Source: an uncultured candidate division Zixibacteria bacterium
GTDB lineage: Bacteria > Zixibacteria > MSB-5A5 > GN15 > PGXB01
Assembly (NCBI GenBank): GCA_963702205.1
Contig: OY969724.1
Coordinates: 2,592,001-2,656,000 of the forward strand
Direction of reading: 5' to 3'
DNA: 64,000 nucleotides
Position numbers and translations under genes: made by a program. This document shows, piece by piece, positions 28,390 through 39,731 of this stretch. The notes under the pieces were generated by a model, which saw only the letters and a list, made by a program, of their open reading frames with translations, had not been told where the DNA came from and searched no databases. Each line of letters begins with the position of its first letter. The stretch's first letter is position 1.

Positions 28390-28659
28390 CTATCGTCTGA
28401 TATTAAGTTTGGCTATCAATTGTCGATAGCTTTCAATGTCGCGATCCATCAGGTAATTGAGCAAACGACGACGCCTGCCCACTTTCTTCAGCAGTCCGCG
28501 GCGACTGTGAAAATCCTTGGAATGTTCTTTCAAATGCAGCGTAAGTGCATTAATGTCCTCGGACAATATCGCAATCTGGACTTCCGGTGACCCGGTGTCG
28601 GTTGCGTGCAGACGATTATCCGCGATGATGTCCGCTTTGCGTTCGTTGCTAATAGCCAT
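28390..28659 (-). CDS. rpsO: 30S ribosomal protein S15
   Basis: [30 protein letters not shown]. Confidence 0.99.
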   Translation of the reverse strand: MAISNERKADIIADNRLHATDTGSPEVQIAILSEDINALTLHLKEHSKDFHSRRGLLKKVGRRRRLLNYLMDRDIESYRQLIAKLNIRR

Positions 28660-29606
28660 TAGCGGTGATCTCCTTTATTAATTAACTTCAAAATATTTTC
28701 TTTATCTTTACCGATTTGTTTGCTCAACTCTTCTTTGCTGTCGAACTTCATGTTTCCGCGAACGAAAATTCGGGGATAACAGATAATTTCCTGCCCGTAT
28801 ATATCACGATCGAAATCGAATATATTGACCTCGACCGACCGTTTTTTATCAGGGTTAAAATGATTGACTCCGATAAATAACATGCCGTTGTACATTTGCC
28901 CTTTGTATTCGATGCGGCAGGAATAAACCCCGTCGACCGGCAGCAGTTTGCGCTCGTTGTACTGGATATTGGCCGTAGGATAGCCCAGCTCCTTCCTGCC
29001 TATGGCAATCCCTTTTTCGACAAGGCCGTATATGGGATACGGGTGTCCCAGCATATCCAGAGCCTGCGCGAACTTCCGCTCGATAATCAGGTTTCTGATG
29101 CGTGTCGATGAAACCGGTCGTCCTTCTATAATGACCGGATTGACAACCTCAAGTTCGAAAGAATATTTGCGGCTGAGTTCCATCAGGTCATTGATCGTTC
29201 CTGAACGGTTTTTGCCGAAGGCATGATCGTAGCCGACAATGAGCTTCTTTAAATGGAGCTTTTCGACGAGGACTTCACGGGCGAATTCCTCGGCCGATTT
29301 GCTCATCAGTTCTTTATTGAACCGAAGGACCAATAGACGGCCGTGCATATAGTCGGCAAACAGTCGCGCCTTTTCCTCCCAGACCGTGAGAAGCGGCGGC
29401 GGGCTGTTCGGCGTGACCAGAACCCTCGGATGCGGCTCGAACGTGACCGCCATCGGATTCAGTCCGACTTTTTCGGCGCTGGTCATAAGGCTTTTTAAAA
29501 TAGCCTGATGGCCGACGTGCAGTCCGTCGAACGTCCCCAGTGATACCACCAGGTCTTCGGATATATTGTGGATGTTTTCCAGTCCGTATATAATTTCCAG
29601 ACTCAA
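28659..29606 (-). CDS. ribF: Bifunctional riboflavin kinase/FAD synthetase
   Basis: [37 protein letters not shown]. Confidence 0.97.
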   Translation of the reverse strand: MSLEIIYGLENIHNISEDLVVSLGTFDGLHVGHQAILKSLMTSAEKVGLNPMAVTFEPHPRVLVTPNSPPPLLTVWEEKARLFADYMHGRLLVLRFNKELMSKSAEEFAREVLVEKLHLKKLIVGYDHAFGKNRSGTINDLMELSRKYSFELEVVNPVIIEGRPVSSTRIRNLIIERKFAQALDMLGHPYPIYGLVEKGIAIGRKELGYPTANIQYNERKLLPVDGVYSCRIEYKGQMYNGMLFIGVNHFNPDKKRSVEVNIFDFDRDIYGQEIICYPRIFVRGNMKFDSKEELSKQIGKDKENILKLINKGDHR

Positions 29607-30541
29607 TTCAAAACCCTTACATATTTAAAAAATTGGTCGCCCTGAAACTCATCGGTCAGCTCTTCCGAACCGGCCATGGCCTGCCCCACGGCCATTATGC
29701 GGCCGGATTGATCAAGCAGTGCAATCATATCTTCGCGCCCGAAATCGCCGACAATTTCCCTGACATCGTCCATCCGGGGTGATCGTCCCGAAATTACCGA
29801 TGGTGCGAATTTATCGTCGATTTTGATACCCGGGAAACCGAGGACCGATTCAATCGGCAGAATATATCGCTTCAATGTCCCCGCTTCTCGGAGCAATTGT
29901 ATTTGCTTGAGCGTGAGAGCATCCCCGACACTGAACCTTCCCGATTTCAGGCGGCAAAGATTGGAAAGGTACGCTCCGCACCCGATAGTTTCGCCAATGT
30001 CATTGGCCAGAGACCTGATATAAGTTCCGCGGGAGCAGGTAACTTCGACCGTAAGTACGGGCAGCGCGGCTTCGATCAATTCAAGTTCTTTTATTTCGAC
30101 TTCTTTTTCAGGTGGGTCGACATTTTGGTTTTTGCGTGCCATATCGTACAATCTGCGGCCGCCTATTTTTACGGCTGAATAGGCCGGGACTTTCTGTCGA
30201 ACCTTGCCTTTGAATCCATTGAGAATTTCTATGATCTGCTTATCCGACAGTTCCGGAACCGGCAGCGGCGCGATCAGATCATTCAGGCCTTCGGAATCCA
30301 TGGTTTTGGAGGTCCGTCCCAGCGTTATTTCCGCCCGATAGACCTTGGTATGGTCGGCAATGAACTGCGCAATCTTGGTGGCTCGTCCGAGACAGATAAC
30401 CAGCAGCCCGGTCGCCCTCGGGTCCAATGTTCCCGTATGGCCGATTCTTTTCTGTCCGATTACCCGTCGGACGTTGTTAATGACGTCGTGGCTGGTCATG
30501 CCGTACGGTTTATCGCAGAGGAGTATGCCATCGTAGTTCAT
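29603..30541 (-). CDS. truB: tRNA pseudouridine(55) synthase
   Basis: DKPYGMTSHD, GHTGTLDP, CSRGTYIRSL. Confidence 0.98.
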   Translation of the reverse strand: MNYDGILLCDKPYGMTSHDVINNVRRVIGQKRIGHTGTLDPRATGLLVICLGRATKIAQFIADHTKVYRAEITLGRTSKTMDSEGLNDLIAPLPVPELSDKQIIEILNGFKGKVRQKVPAYSAVKIGGRRLYDMARKNQNVDPPEKEVEIKELELIEAALPVLTVEVTCSRGTYIRSLANDIGETIGCGAYLSNLCRLKSGRFSVGDALTLKQIQLLREAGTLKRYILPIESVLGFPGIKIDDKFAPSVISGRSPRMDDVREIVGDFGREDMIALLDQSGRIMAVGQAMAGSEELTDEFQGDQFFKYVRVLN

Positions 30542-31512
30542 TCGAGCATCTCCTTTATGTCACCCAACAACTGACGGGCCGCGTCTTTCATGGGGAGTCT
30601 GATTTCACAACCCGAAGCGTTGACGTGACCTCCTCCGTTGTACTTATGAGCCAGCGCGGAGACGTCGTACTTTCCCCGCGAGCGCAGCGAAACTTTGGTC
30701 AGTCCGGCCTTTCTTTCTTTCAATAAGCCGCCTACGAGCGTTTTTTCGCCGAAAAGGGCGTAGTCGACCAGCCCTTCGACTTCATCCCAGGCCGCGGCGC
30801 TGGTTTTAATTTTGTCGTCGGTAAGAAACATGAAGCAGACGCGGTCATCGGCATGGTACTCCATATCGGTCAAAAGCAGACCGGTAAGTTTCAAAGTCGA
30901 CGGTCTAAGCGAGAAGTACACCCGGTCACATATGGTGCGCGGATCGGCCCCGAATTCAATCATCCGCCCGGCCGTTTCCATTGTTTTGCGGGTCGTGGAA
31001 TGAAAACGAAAACGCCCGGTATCGGTTAATATTGCCGTGTACAATTGAGTCGCGCACGCTTCATCGGGATCGTATCCGACGTGCTCCATAAATTCCCACA
31101 TCATCTCGCCGACCGACGATGCCTTCACGTCCTGCCAGACGGCGTCACCGTAACCGGTGTTATCGGGGTGGTGATCTATATTGATAATTTTCGTCTCAAG
31201 AGCATGAAGTCCTGAAACGTCACCGGCGCGGGAGGGATTGGAACATTCCAGAAAAATCACGAGATCGTGCTGCCCGTCGGCATTTTCGAGTTCGACTATA
31301 TTATCAATATCCGGCAGGAACATGTACTTATATGGAATCGTACCTTTGCGAACAACCGTCACGTCTTTATCCAGCGTTAGCAGATACCGGCGCAGCCCCA
31401 GCATCGTCCCCAGTGAATCACCATCGGGATCATCGTGGCCGCAAACGAGTATTTTGCGAGCGTTCGAAATCAAACCGTAGATTTCATCTTGAATATCAGC
31501 TTTGGCCATCAT
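30538..31512 (-). CDS. nrnA: DHH-family oligoribonuclease/pAp phosphatase
   Basis: HDDPDGDSLG, NIDHH, TDTG, GGGH. Start at 31512 or 31509 after GGGAG. Confidence 0.92.
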   Translation of the reverse strand: MMAKADIQDEIYGLISNARKILVCGHDDPDGDSLGTMLGLRRYLLTLDKDVTVVRKGTIPYKYMFLPDIDNIVELENADGQHDLVIFLECSNPSRAGDVSGLHALETKIINIDHHPDNTGYGDAVWQDVKASSVGEMMWEFMEHVGYDPDEACATQLYTAILTDTGRFRFHSTTRKTMETAGRMIEFGADPRTICDRVYFSLRPSTLKLTGLLLTDMEYHADDRVCFMFLTDDKIKTSAAAWDEVEGLVDYALFGEKTLVGGLLKERKAGLTKVSLRSRGKYDVSALAHKYNGGGHVNASGCEIRLPMKDAARQLLGDIKEMLE

Positions 31513-31861
31513 TCTCCCTGTCCGATAAGTTCCCCAGCAACCGGGTGATACGGTCGCCTCTCTCGATCGAGGGATCGAATTCAAACGAGACTTCCGGGAT
31601 GAATTTGATCTTAAGCAGGCGTCCCAACTGAGCCTGAATTCTCTTACGGTGATAATTCAGATACTTCGCCACTTCATTTTTGTCATTTTCCGATCCGAGG
31701 ACCGAATACAATATCTTCGCGAATTTCAGGTCGTTTGTCATTTCGACTTCGGTAAACGTGACCAGCCCGTGCAAATTCACGGAGCACTCCTGGTCCATCA
31801 GTTGGCGCACGTCGCGCAACATCTGGTAACGAACGCGGTCCGATCTTTTAAAATTACGCAT
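31496..31861 (-). CDS. rbfA: Ribosome-binding factor A
   Basis: RSDRV, TEVEMTNDLKFAKI, PEVSFEFD, and operon position. Confidence 0.93.
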   Translation of the reverse strand: MRNFKRSDRVRYQMLRDVRQLMDQECSVNLHGLVTFTEVEMTNDLKFAKILYSVLGSENDKNEVAKYLNYHRKRIQAQLGRLLKIKFIPEVSFEFDPSIERGDRITRLLGNLSDRENDGQS

Positions 31862-31863
31862 GA

Positions 31864-32145
31864 TTATAATACCTCGACCCGGTAATCGACTACGATAACC
31901 TCGGAGTGCTGCTCGATGGTGGCCACCAGTTTCGCGATGACCTGTTCGCCGAATTTCTTTTCATTACTGACTACCGCTGCCCCGATGCGCGCCATCCGCA
32001 AATTGTCATTGTAATCGACTTCCGCCACGGAAACATTGAATTTACTTTGCAGGCGTGATATCAGGGGTTTAATAATATGCCGTTTTTCCTTCAATGAAGC
32101 TACGCCCGGAAGCTTTAAATCAACCTCAACCGTCGCTATTACCAC
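31864..32145 (-). CDS. DUF503 (YlxP-like) protein
   Basis: SLKEKR, FNVSVAEV; lies between infB and rbfA. Confidence 0.92.
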   Translation of the reverse strand: MVIATVEVDLKLPGVASLKEKRHIIKPLISRLQSKFNVSVAEVDYNDNLRMARIGAAVVSNEKKFGEQVIAKLVATIEQHSEVIVVDYRVEVL

Positions 32146-32157
32146 TTTTCACGTTCA

Positions 32158-34440
32158 CTAACTTAATTTGCGGGCCGTCTCAACCAGCCGGAAAACTTCA
32201 ATTTTGTCGCCGACCTTAATGTCGTTGAAATTCTCGATACCCATTCCACATTCGAATCCGCTGGCGACCTCTTTGGCGTCATCCTTAAAGCGCTTCAAAG
32301 AATTGAGCTTGCCGGTGTATATAATACGACCGTCGCGGACGACGTGGACACTGTCCGAGCGATGAATCATGCCTTCCTTGACAAAACACCCGGCCACTAC
32401 CCCGACTTTCGGAACCCGGAAGATCTGGCGTACTTCGGCCACGCCGGCGTATTCTTCCTTTACCTCAGGGGAAAGCATACCTTCCAGAGCTTTGCGCACG
32501 TCGCTCTCTACTTCATAAATAATGTTGTACTGCCTGATATCGACTTTTTCGCGCGCCGCCGTCTCCCGCGCACGGGATTCCACGGACGTATTGAAGCCGA
32601 TGATGATGGCATCGGATGCCGCCGCGAGAAGCACGTCGGATTCGCTGACCGCACCGACGCCTTTATGTATCACGAGCGTCCGAACTTCATCGGTCGCGAT
32701 TTTGCCCAGCGTATCGGCCAGCACTTCGGCCGAGCCGTCCACGTCGGCTTTTATCACCAGGCGCAGTTCTTTGACCTGGCCGTCCTTGATTTGTTCATAA
32801 ATCTTTTCGAGGGTGGCGTGTCCGTATCCCCGACGAATTTCATGCTCCCTTTTCAACTGCATGCGTTTGCTGGCAATCTCGCGGGCTTCCTGATCGTCGC
32901 TGACGACCATAAAACTGTCTCCGGCCTGCGGGACGCCGTTCAAACCTGTGACTCGTACCGGAATCGACGGTCCGGCTTCGGTCAGCTGCCTTTCGCCGCT
33001 GGAGAGCATGTTTCTAACGCGCCCGAAACAGGTTCCGGCAACGATCGGATCCCCGATACCTACCGTACCCCGTTGAATAATAACGGTACTTATGGGGCCG
33101 CGTCCCCTCTCCAGCTTGGCCTCGATAACCGTCCCCTGTCCGCGGATCGACGGGTCCGCCTGAAGATTTGACATTTCTGACTGCAGCAGGATCATTTCCA
33201 GCAGGCTGTCGACACCTTCTCCGGATTTGGCCGAAACCGGCACCATGACGATTTTTCCGCCCCAGTCCTCGGCCAGAAGATTGTGTTCACTGAGCTGCTG
33301 CTTGATCCGGTCGGGATTGGCCGTGGGTTTGTCGATTTTATTAATGGCCACGATAATCGGGACGTTGGCGGCGCGGGCATGGTCGATGGCCTCTACCGTC
33401 TGCGGCATAACGCCGTCATCGGCCGCCACCACGAGAACCACAAGATCGGTGATCTGGGCACCGCGAGCTCTCATCGCCGTAAAGGCTTCATGACCCGGGG
33501 TGTCGATAAACGTCACGTTGCCGCTGGACGACCGAACCTGATAGGCACCGATATGCTGCGTGATGGCTCCGGCCTCTTTGGCTACGACGTTGGTCTTGCG
33601 GATATAGTCGAGCAGTGAGGTCTTGCCGTGATCGACGTGCCCCATAACCGTCACCACCGGAGCACGTTGCTCGAGATTTTCTTCGACCTCTTCTTCGAGA
33701 GCTTCTTCGCCGACCTCTTCCTTGACAGTTACATTAAAGCCGCATTCGAGCGCCAGCGTTTCAATCGTATCCATATCGAGGCGCTGATTGATCGAGGCCA
33801 TCATTCCCAGCTTAAAGCAGGTCGCAATGAGTTCGGCCGGTTTTAAATCCATGGCCCGGGCAAGTTCGGCCACGGTCATGAATTCATTCACTTCAATGGT
33901 ATGTTCATCGACCTCGACATCCGGTCCGTCGTATCCGGGGCGCCTTTTAAACTTGCGTACTTTTTTCCCGCCGCCGCCCATGGTTGCCATCGTGGCCCGG
34001 AAACTTTTCACGACGGCCTTCTGATCGACTTTGCGCGCTTCGCGTTTTTTGCGACGGTCCTGCCGCCTGCGGGCACGATCCGATCTACTATGAGACGGAA
34101 CCAACTTCGGTTTGGGCGGCCTCTGCACGTTGTCCTGACGCGTTGGCTGTGAATCGATCTTTTTGGCTTCCGTCGGGGGGGAAGGTTGACCGCCTTTAGC
34201 AGGCTGCGGCCGGGGATGAACTTTGTGTCCCTGACGGCCTTTCTTCTTTTCTTCTATGTCTCTTTTGACGGCCGCCTTTTCGTCTTCGTACTTTTTCTTC
34301 AGGGCCGCTTCCATCTCGGGACTGGCAACCGACATATGCGATTTTAGGTCGAATTTCAATTCACGAAGGATCGTCACCAGGGCATTCGATGATAAATTAA
34401 ATTCTTTCGCCAGCTCATATATACGTTTCTTGTTTGCCAT
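32158..34440 (-). CDS. infB: Translation initiation factor IF-2
   Basis: [32 protein letters not shown]. Confidence 0.99.
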   Translation of the reverse strand: MANKKRIYELAKEFNLSSNALVTILRELKFDLKSHMSVASPEMEAALKKKYEDEKAAVKRDIEEKKKGRQGHKVHPRPQPAKGGQPSPPTEAKKIDSQPTRQDNVQRPPKPKLVPSHSRSDRARRRQDRRKKREARKVDQKAVVKSFRATMATMGGGGKKVRKFKRRPGYDGPDVEVDEHTIEVNEFMTVAELARAMDLKPAELIATCFKLGMMASINQRLDMDTIETLALECGFNVTVKEEVGEEALEEEVEENLEQRAPVVTVMGHVDHGKTSLLDYIRKTNVVAKEAGAITQHIGAYQVRSSSGNVTFIDTPGHEAFTAMRARGAQITDLVVLVVAADDGVMPQTVEAIDHARAANVPIIVAINKIDKPTANPDRIKQQLSEHNLLAEDWGGKIVMVPVSAKSGEGVDSLLEMILLQSEMSNLQADPSIRGQGTVIEAKLERGRGPISTVIIQRGTVGIGDPIVAGTCFGRVRNMLSSGERQLTEAGPSIPVRVTGLNGVPQAGDSFMVVSDDQEAREIASKRMQLKREHEIRRGYGHATLEKIYEQIKDGQVKELRLVIKADVDGSAEVLADTLGKIATDEVRTLVIHKGVGAVSESDVLLAAASDAIIIGFNTSVESRARETAAREKVDIRQYNIIYEVESDVRKALEGMLSPEVKEEYAGVAEVRQIFRVPKVGVVAGCFVKEGMIHRSDSVHVVRDGRIIYTGKLNSLKRFKDDAKEVASGFECGMGIENFNDIKVGDKIEVFRLVETARKLS

Positions 34441-34469
34441 TTAACTTACCTCCAAGCCCTCTATATAAA

Positions 34470-35897
34470 TTAAGAAATCTTCTCGTCTTCATTGACCGGT
34501 TCGGAATCCTCAAGATGATCGTCGGTCGTATCATCTTCGTCTTCGTCTTCATCGGCTTCGAATAAATCGTTGGCGTCGGGAGCGGTTTCCGCCGGAGCCT
34601 CCGCCTGCTCGGCTTCCAGCCGCGCCTTTTCTTCTTCACGTTTGGCGGTTACTTCCTCGATAAAGACTTCGGCCTTCTCGAGCAAAGTCTCAGCCGTCTT
34701 CTGGCCGATTCCTTCAATCTTTACCAACTGCTCCACCGGGGTTTTGACAAGCTTCTGCAGCGTATTTATTCCGGATTCCACCAGACGTTCTTCGGTTTTC
34801 GAACCGATACCCTCAAGATGTCCGACCGGGATCATTTCTTCGGCCTCACGGTGTTTCATCTCGTTGTATTCGGTTTCGCTCATAATATTTATCTTCCAGC
34901 CGGTCAGCTTCGAAGCCAGTCGGGCATTCTGCCCGGCCTTACCGATGGCCAGCGATAATTTATCGTCTTCGACCGCGACGGTCATGGCCTGTTCGTCGTC
35001 ATCGACTTCGATCTCAACCACTTTCGCCGGGGCCAGACTGCGCGTCACGAATACTTCCGGGTTGGCACTGTACGGTATAATATCTATTCGTTCATTGTTA
35101 AGTTCGCGCACGATGGTCTGCACCCGGACGCCTTTTATTCCCACGCAGGCACCGACCGGGTCGATTCGCTCATCGGCCGAATATACCGCCACTTTGGCCC
35201 TCTCCCCGGGCTCACGGGCGATAGCTTTGATCTCGATAACCTTCTCGAATATTTCCGGCACTTCGAGTTCGAACAGGCAGCGCACGAAAGTATCGCTAAC
35301 CCGTGACAAAATAACCTGCGGACCGCTGAACGATTTCTGCACGTCGAGGATCAGTGCTCTGATACGGTCGCCCTGGCGATACTTCTCACGAGGAATTTGC
35401 TCTTTGCCGGGCATGAACGCTTCGGCCTTGCCGAGATTCACGATAACATTGCCCTTGTCAACCTGTTGCACCGAGCCGGATACCAATTGTCCGACCCGGG
35501 ATATATATTCATCATAGACCTTTTCGCGTTCGGCCTCGCGTACTTTCTGAATGAGAACCTGCTTGGCCGTCAGTATGGCGTTGCGCCCGAATTCTTCATC
35601 GACTTCAAGGTAAATATCCATCTCGTCGCCCAATTCTGCCGTTTCGTCGAATTCACGAGCGTCATCGAGCTTTATCTCTGTCAGGCCGTCCGTAACTTCT
35701 TCCACGACTTTCTTCAGGGCGATCATGACGATTTCACCCGTTTTGCGGATGACTTTGAAACTCAAGTTGGTGGCCTCGGGATACCGCTTTTGGGCGGCCG
35801 CAAGGAGGCTTTCTTCGACCTTGGATATAACCGTGTCCAGATCGATATTCTTTTCCCGGGCGATCAAAGCCAACGCCTCTATAATATCATAGGCCAT
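34470..35897 (-). CDS. nusA: Transcription factor NusA with C-terminal HhH and acidic tail
   Basis: FELEVPEI, AREPGERAK, DPVGACVG, AIGKAGQNARLASKL. Confidence 0.98.
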   Translation of the reverse strand: MAYDIIEALALIAREKNIDLDTVISKVEESLLAAAQKRYPEATNLSFKVIRKTGEIVMIALKKVVEEVTDGLTEIKLDDAREFDETAELGDEMDIYLEVDEEFGRNAILTAKQVLIQKVREAEREKVYDEYISRVGQLVSGSVQQVDKGNVIVNLGKAEAFMPGKEQIPREKYRQGDRIRALILDVQKSFSGPQVILSRVSDTFVRCLFELEVPEIFEKVIEIKAIAREPGERAKVAVYSADERIDPVGACVGIKGVRVQTIVRELNNERIDIIPYSANPEVFVTRSLAPAKVVEIEVDDDEQAMTVAVEDDKLSLAIGKAGQNARLASKLTGWKINIMSETEYNEMKHREAEEMIPVGHLEGIGSKTEERLVESGINTLQKLVKTPVEQLVKIEGIGQKTAETLLEKAEVFIEEVTAKREEEKARLEAEQAEAPAETAPDANDLFEADEDEDEDDTTDDHLEDSEPVNEDEKIS

Positions 35898-35912
35898 TTA
35901 ATCTATTCTCCG

Positions 35913-36359
35913 TTAAATGACAATTTTTCCCTGTTTAATTGCAGCCAAAGGCAGTTTGACAACCTCATCGTCTATTCGTAAGCCGATGCTGCTATCATCC
36001 GTCTCAACCAAAATTCCCGTCTTATCGGGCTCATCGTTATTGAACAGCACGACTATTTTATCACCGATCCTGCGGGCAAAATCGCGCGCGCTTACCAGAG
36101 GCCGATCCAGCCCCGGCGACGATATTTCGACGACATACGGCCCGCTGAAGACGTTCTCACTTTCCAGAACCGGTTCAATCAGTCGTGACAAGTGAGCACA
36201 ATCATCGATCGTGATTCCCTCTTTGGAATACGCGTACAGTTGAAGGCGACTGGTTTGCTTGAAACGTCCCAGTTTCACTTCCACCAGTTCAAAACCTTCG
36301 CGATCGAAAATCGGCTCGATCAATTTCTCTATATCCTTTTTATCAGTCAAGGTTTTCAC
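35913..36359 (-). CDS. rimP: Ribosome maturation factor RimP
   Basis: GITIDDC, EISSPGLDRPL. Confidence 0.95.
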   Translation of the reverse strand: MKTLTDKKDIEKLIEPIFDREGFELVEVKLGRFKQTSRLQLYAYSKEGITIDDCAHLSRLIEPVLESENVFSGPYVVEISSPGLDRPLVSARDFARRIGDKIVVLFNNDEPDKTGILVETDDSSIGLRIDDEVVKLPLAAIKQGKIVI

Positions 36360-36660
36360 CCAAAATAATAAACACCCCAGTGGGGTAACCCGTTAAGATA
36401 ATAATTCTCAATTTTTTAGCAACTTTTTTATAACCTAAAGGACCAATAATTTGATTGGCTCCTGATGTCGTTAGAGGTCTCAAAATAACTTAAAATACGC
36501 TTTCACTTCCATTTTTTGTCCGGTCGTTTCAGCCTGCAAATTCCACGGATGGCATACTCCACCCTTTTTGTCAATGTAAGCCCTTCAAACTTGCCGTGAA
36601 TTCTAAAGATCACAAAGAGTTGCGAAAATGTCAAACAAAAATGACAGAATCCTCTGAGGT

Positions 36661-37233
36661 CTAAGAAATTTGTTCGCGGGTCACCTTGGTCGTTTCCGGC
36701 TTCATATGGACGGCCTGGCCGTCCTTGCGAGTGATATAGCCGGGTGTGCCGACGACCGTGCAGTTGTCCGGAATATCGACCATATACAGAAAAGTATTGG
36801 CTCCGACCTTGACACTACTGCCTATCGTAAGCGGGCCGAGTATAATCGCCCCCGTGCCGATTATGACATTATCGCCCAAAGTCGGGTGGCGTTTGCCCTT
36901 GTGCCGCCCGGTGCCGCCGAGCGTGACATTATGAAAAATCGTGCAGTTATTGCCGATCTGAGCCGTTTCACCGACCACGATCCCGGCGCCGTGGTCAATA
37001 AAGAACCCGTGGCCGATTTGCGCCCCCGGGTGGATCTCCACGCCCGTTAAAAAGCGTGAAATCTGCGAGATCAGACGCGGAATAAAAGGCAGGCCGACGC
37101 TGTAAAGAGGGTGCACGAACCGGTGGATCAAAATCGCATGAAAGCCCGGATATAGCACAAATTCTATATTTTTAGCGGCCGGGTCGTTGCGAAAGATCGC
37201 GCGGATATCTTCTATAATAGTGTTAAAAATCAT
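36661..37233 (-). CDS. cysE: Serine O-acetyltransferase
   Basis: NDPAA, YPGFHA, TGVEIHPGAQIG, FIDHGAG, GKRHPT. Confidence 0.95.
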   Translation of the reverse strand: MIFNTIIEDIRAIFRNDPAAKNIEFVLYPGFHAILIHRFVHPLYSVGLPFIPRLISQISRFLTGVEIHPGAQIGHGFFIDHGAGIVVGETAQIGNNCTIFHNVTLGGTGRHKGKRHPTLGDNVIIGTGAIILGPLTIGSSVKVGANTFLYMVDIPDNCTVVGTPGYITRKDGQAVHMKPETTKVTREQIS

Positions 37234-37277
37234 GTTTATATAGATACGTATCGGCTGAATATTCGTGAGGGTTTATA

Positions 37278-39710
37278 TCACTTGCCGAAAAGATTTTTAA
37301 GGGCGTCGGTGACGTTCTGCTGAAGGTTGCCCTTGGCGTCGGACCCGGCCAGATTCAGGCCTATTTTCGGATTGGAATAGGTGCCGCCGAGAGTTAATGG
37401 CAGCCTGATTCGCCCGGTTTTGCTGTCTTTTAATAGACCGGCGACGGCTCCGAATTTTGACATGGCCTGATCGGTCATATCATCGGTCAGCAAAATTGTG
37501 CCTTTATAGTCGAGGCTGCCGTCGAATCCGACCGACCCGGTGACGTCCCAATCGCCGAACTTGGAGACGAATTTGGTGGCGTCAAATTCCACTCGGCCAT
37601 CGGCCACATGAAAAGTCGAGGCGAAATCCCTGAGTTTTTCTTCGTCCATTTTTTTAAGATTCACCTGTTCGGCCAGCTTGTTGAACAAGTCGAAACCGAC
37701 CAGACGGGCTTCTTTGAAGACGGCGTCGCCGTCCATAGTGAGAGAATTGACTATCTGCATCGGCTCCAGTCCTGATGCCTGGAAATCACCTTTCACGTTC
37801 ATCTTGCCGAAAAGATGCCCCCCGAAACCGGTAAAGCGGGCGAGGAAGTCATCGGCTTCGATCTGTTTGGCATCGAACTGACCGTTGTAAACGGGATTAT
37901 TCAGATCGATCAAATTGACCGAAGCTTGGCCCGTGACTTTGCCGGTGTAGACGTCACCTTTGACATTGTCGGCATATAAGATTCTCTCTTTGATCGTCAT
38001 ATCGGTGCTGATCGACGTGAATTCGACTTGGGTGTATATCAAAGTATCGACCTGGCCGGTTCCTTTTCCATCGACCGCCGGAATCGGCAGCGGCGGCAGC
38101 GAGTCAATCGGGACCTGCGACAGATTCGCTCCGGCGCCGGGTGCGGCTTCGGGGAAAAGTTTGTCAACGTCGAATCGATTCGATCGAGCCGTGAAAGTCA
38201 GGTACGGCTGCCTGGCAACGCCTTCATATCCCGGAATAAAATACGGAAACGGATTGGAAAGCGTACCGGTCAGCGAAATGTCAGACGACACGAATTTAAC
38301 GTCAAATTTCCTGATATCAATCCTGTCCGGCGAAATCGTAAGGTCGGCATCGAAATTTTCAATCGGTTCGGGGAGGACGTCGGCCGCGTATTTGACCCCG
38401 CTGATTTTAATATATCCGGAAATGGCCAGTTTATCTTTATGTTCTATCGGCCCGGATATATTAAGTTCATATTCAGCTTTGCCGGAAAGTTTTGGTTTAG
38501 GTTCGGTCGAAATGAACTTGATCAGACTCGTCAGATCGACGGTACCCTTGAGATTCGCTTTTATGGATGGATTATCGAGATTCTCGATCGTGATAAGCCC
38601 GGCCAGTGGATTGTTCTCGAAACTCCCCTGCTTTATTTCCAGACCTATCTTGTTGGTTTCAAAGGCGACCGAGCCGTCGGCGATACTTAAATTTCCAGGC
38701 TCGCTTTTTCGTTCCAGCGTAAGATCTTTTATAGTGGCCTTACCGTCGTACGACAGCGACTTTTCGGCCTTGCCGTTGTACTTGATTGAGGCGTCGATCG
38801 AAATCCCGCCGTCGATATTGAAGTCTGCAACCAGGCTCTTTTCATTTTCCGGTACGAGAGCAAGACAACCCGACAGCGGAAGAACGTCGGATTTTATCTG
38901 CGTGTTTATGAAAGCCATCGTTTTAAGATTCGGGATACCGAGACTGATATTGAAATTGAGATCGTTAAGCCTCACGTCGGTCATTTTGACGACAGCCTGG
39001 CCGCCATTAAGGTCGGCGGTGGCATCAAAATCGAGCGCCAGAGAAAAATCCGGGATAACCATTGCACCATAACTAACATCGCAGCTTTCTACCTTAAGAT
39101 CACCCTTTGATTTATAGACAAGGTCTTTGGTAGCATTAAGGCTTGAAGACAGTTCGACACCGTCGAGCGCCAAAATAATATTGGACGAATCATCGGAGTA
39201 CATGATACGGCCATCGTGAATGGTCAAGTTGTCGAAGGTTACAAGCGCGCCGGCAGCCTTAGGTGCGTTTTCCGGCAACTTTTCTCTCACTTCCGGCGGC
39301 ATCAGTGTATCGGCGCTTTTGAATTCATAGTTGACCGTACCGTCTTTGTGCTTACTGGCCGTAATTTCCGGCTTATTCAGCACGAGGCGGTCGATCATAA
39401 TCTGTTTTTTCAAGAGCGGCCAGAAACGGACCTTGACATCCAGATTTTCGGCGGTCAGTAAATACTTCTCCTTGAATCCGGGTGTGTTGGCGATTCTGAG
39501 GTTTTCGAGCTTCAGCCCGATTCCGCCGGAAAAAGAAACCGAGACACCATCGATATCGATTTTGCAATTCAGGCTGGACGATAATTTCCCCAGCGCCATT
39601 TCTTTGACTTTTTCTTTGGGGAAGAAAAAGTACAGTCCGACCCCGGCCAGGATAATCACGACAAGTCCGATCCCGACTATCCAGGCCAAAAACTTTATGA
39701 GCCTTTTCAT
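37278..39710 (-). CDS. AsmA-family protein
   Basis: N-terminal TM, beta-rich repeats, C-terminal LPLTLGGTYSNP. Confidence 0.8.
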   Translation of the reverse strand: MKRLIKFLAWIVGIGLVVIILAGVGLYFFFPKEKVKEMALGKLSSSLNCKIDIDGVSVSFSGGIGLKLENLRIANTPGFKEKYLLTAENLDVKVRFWPLLKKQIMIDRLVLNKPEITASKHKDGTVNYEFKSADTLMPPEVREKLPENAPKAAGALVTFDNLTIHDGRIMYSDDSSNIILALDGVELSSSLNATKDLVYKSKGDLKVESCDVSYGAMVIPDFSLALDFDATADLNGGQAVVKMTDVRLNDLNFNISLGIPNLKTMAFINTQIKSDVLPLSGCLALVPENEKSLVADFNIDGGISIDASIKYNGKAEKSLSYDGKATIKDLTLERKSEPGNLSIADGSVAFETNKIGLEIKQGSFENNPLAGLITIENLDNPSIKANLKGTVDLTSLIKFISTEPKPKLSGKAEYELNISGPIEHKDKLAISGYIKISGVKYAADVLPEPIENFDADLTISPDRIDIRKFDVKFVSSDISLTGTLSNPFPYFIPGYEGVARQPYLTFTARSNRFDVDKLFPEAAPGAGANLSQVPIDSLPPLPIPAVDGKGTGQVDTLIYTQVEFTSISTDMTIKERILYADNVKGDVYTGKVTGQASVNLIDLNNPVYNGQFDAKQIEADDFLARFTGFGGHLFGKMNVKGDFQASGLEPMQIVNSLTMDGDAVFKEARLVGFDLFNKLAEQVNLKKMDEEKLRDFASTFHVADGRVEFDATKFVSKFGDWDVTGSVGFDGSLDYKGTILLTDDMTDQAMSKFGAVAGLLKDSKTGRIRLPLTLGGTYSNPKIGLNLAGSDAKGNLQQNVTDALKNLFGK

Positions 39711-39731
39711 AGACCTTGTTTCCCTTCGCTA

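Noticed and set aside
32344..35981. Long + strand ORFs (32344-33171, 34570-35517, 35397-35981)
   Set aside because: Antisense shadows of infB, nusA and rimP.
36420..36660. Small ORF or ncRNA between cysE and rimP
   Set aside because: I noticed only very short ORFs and no convincing structure.
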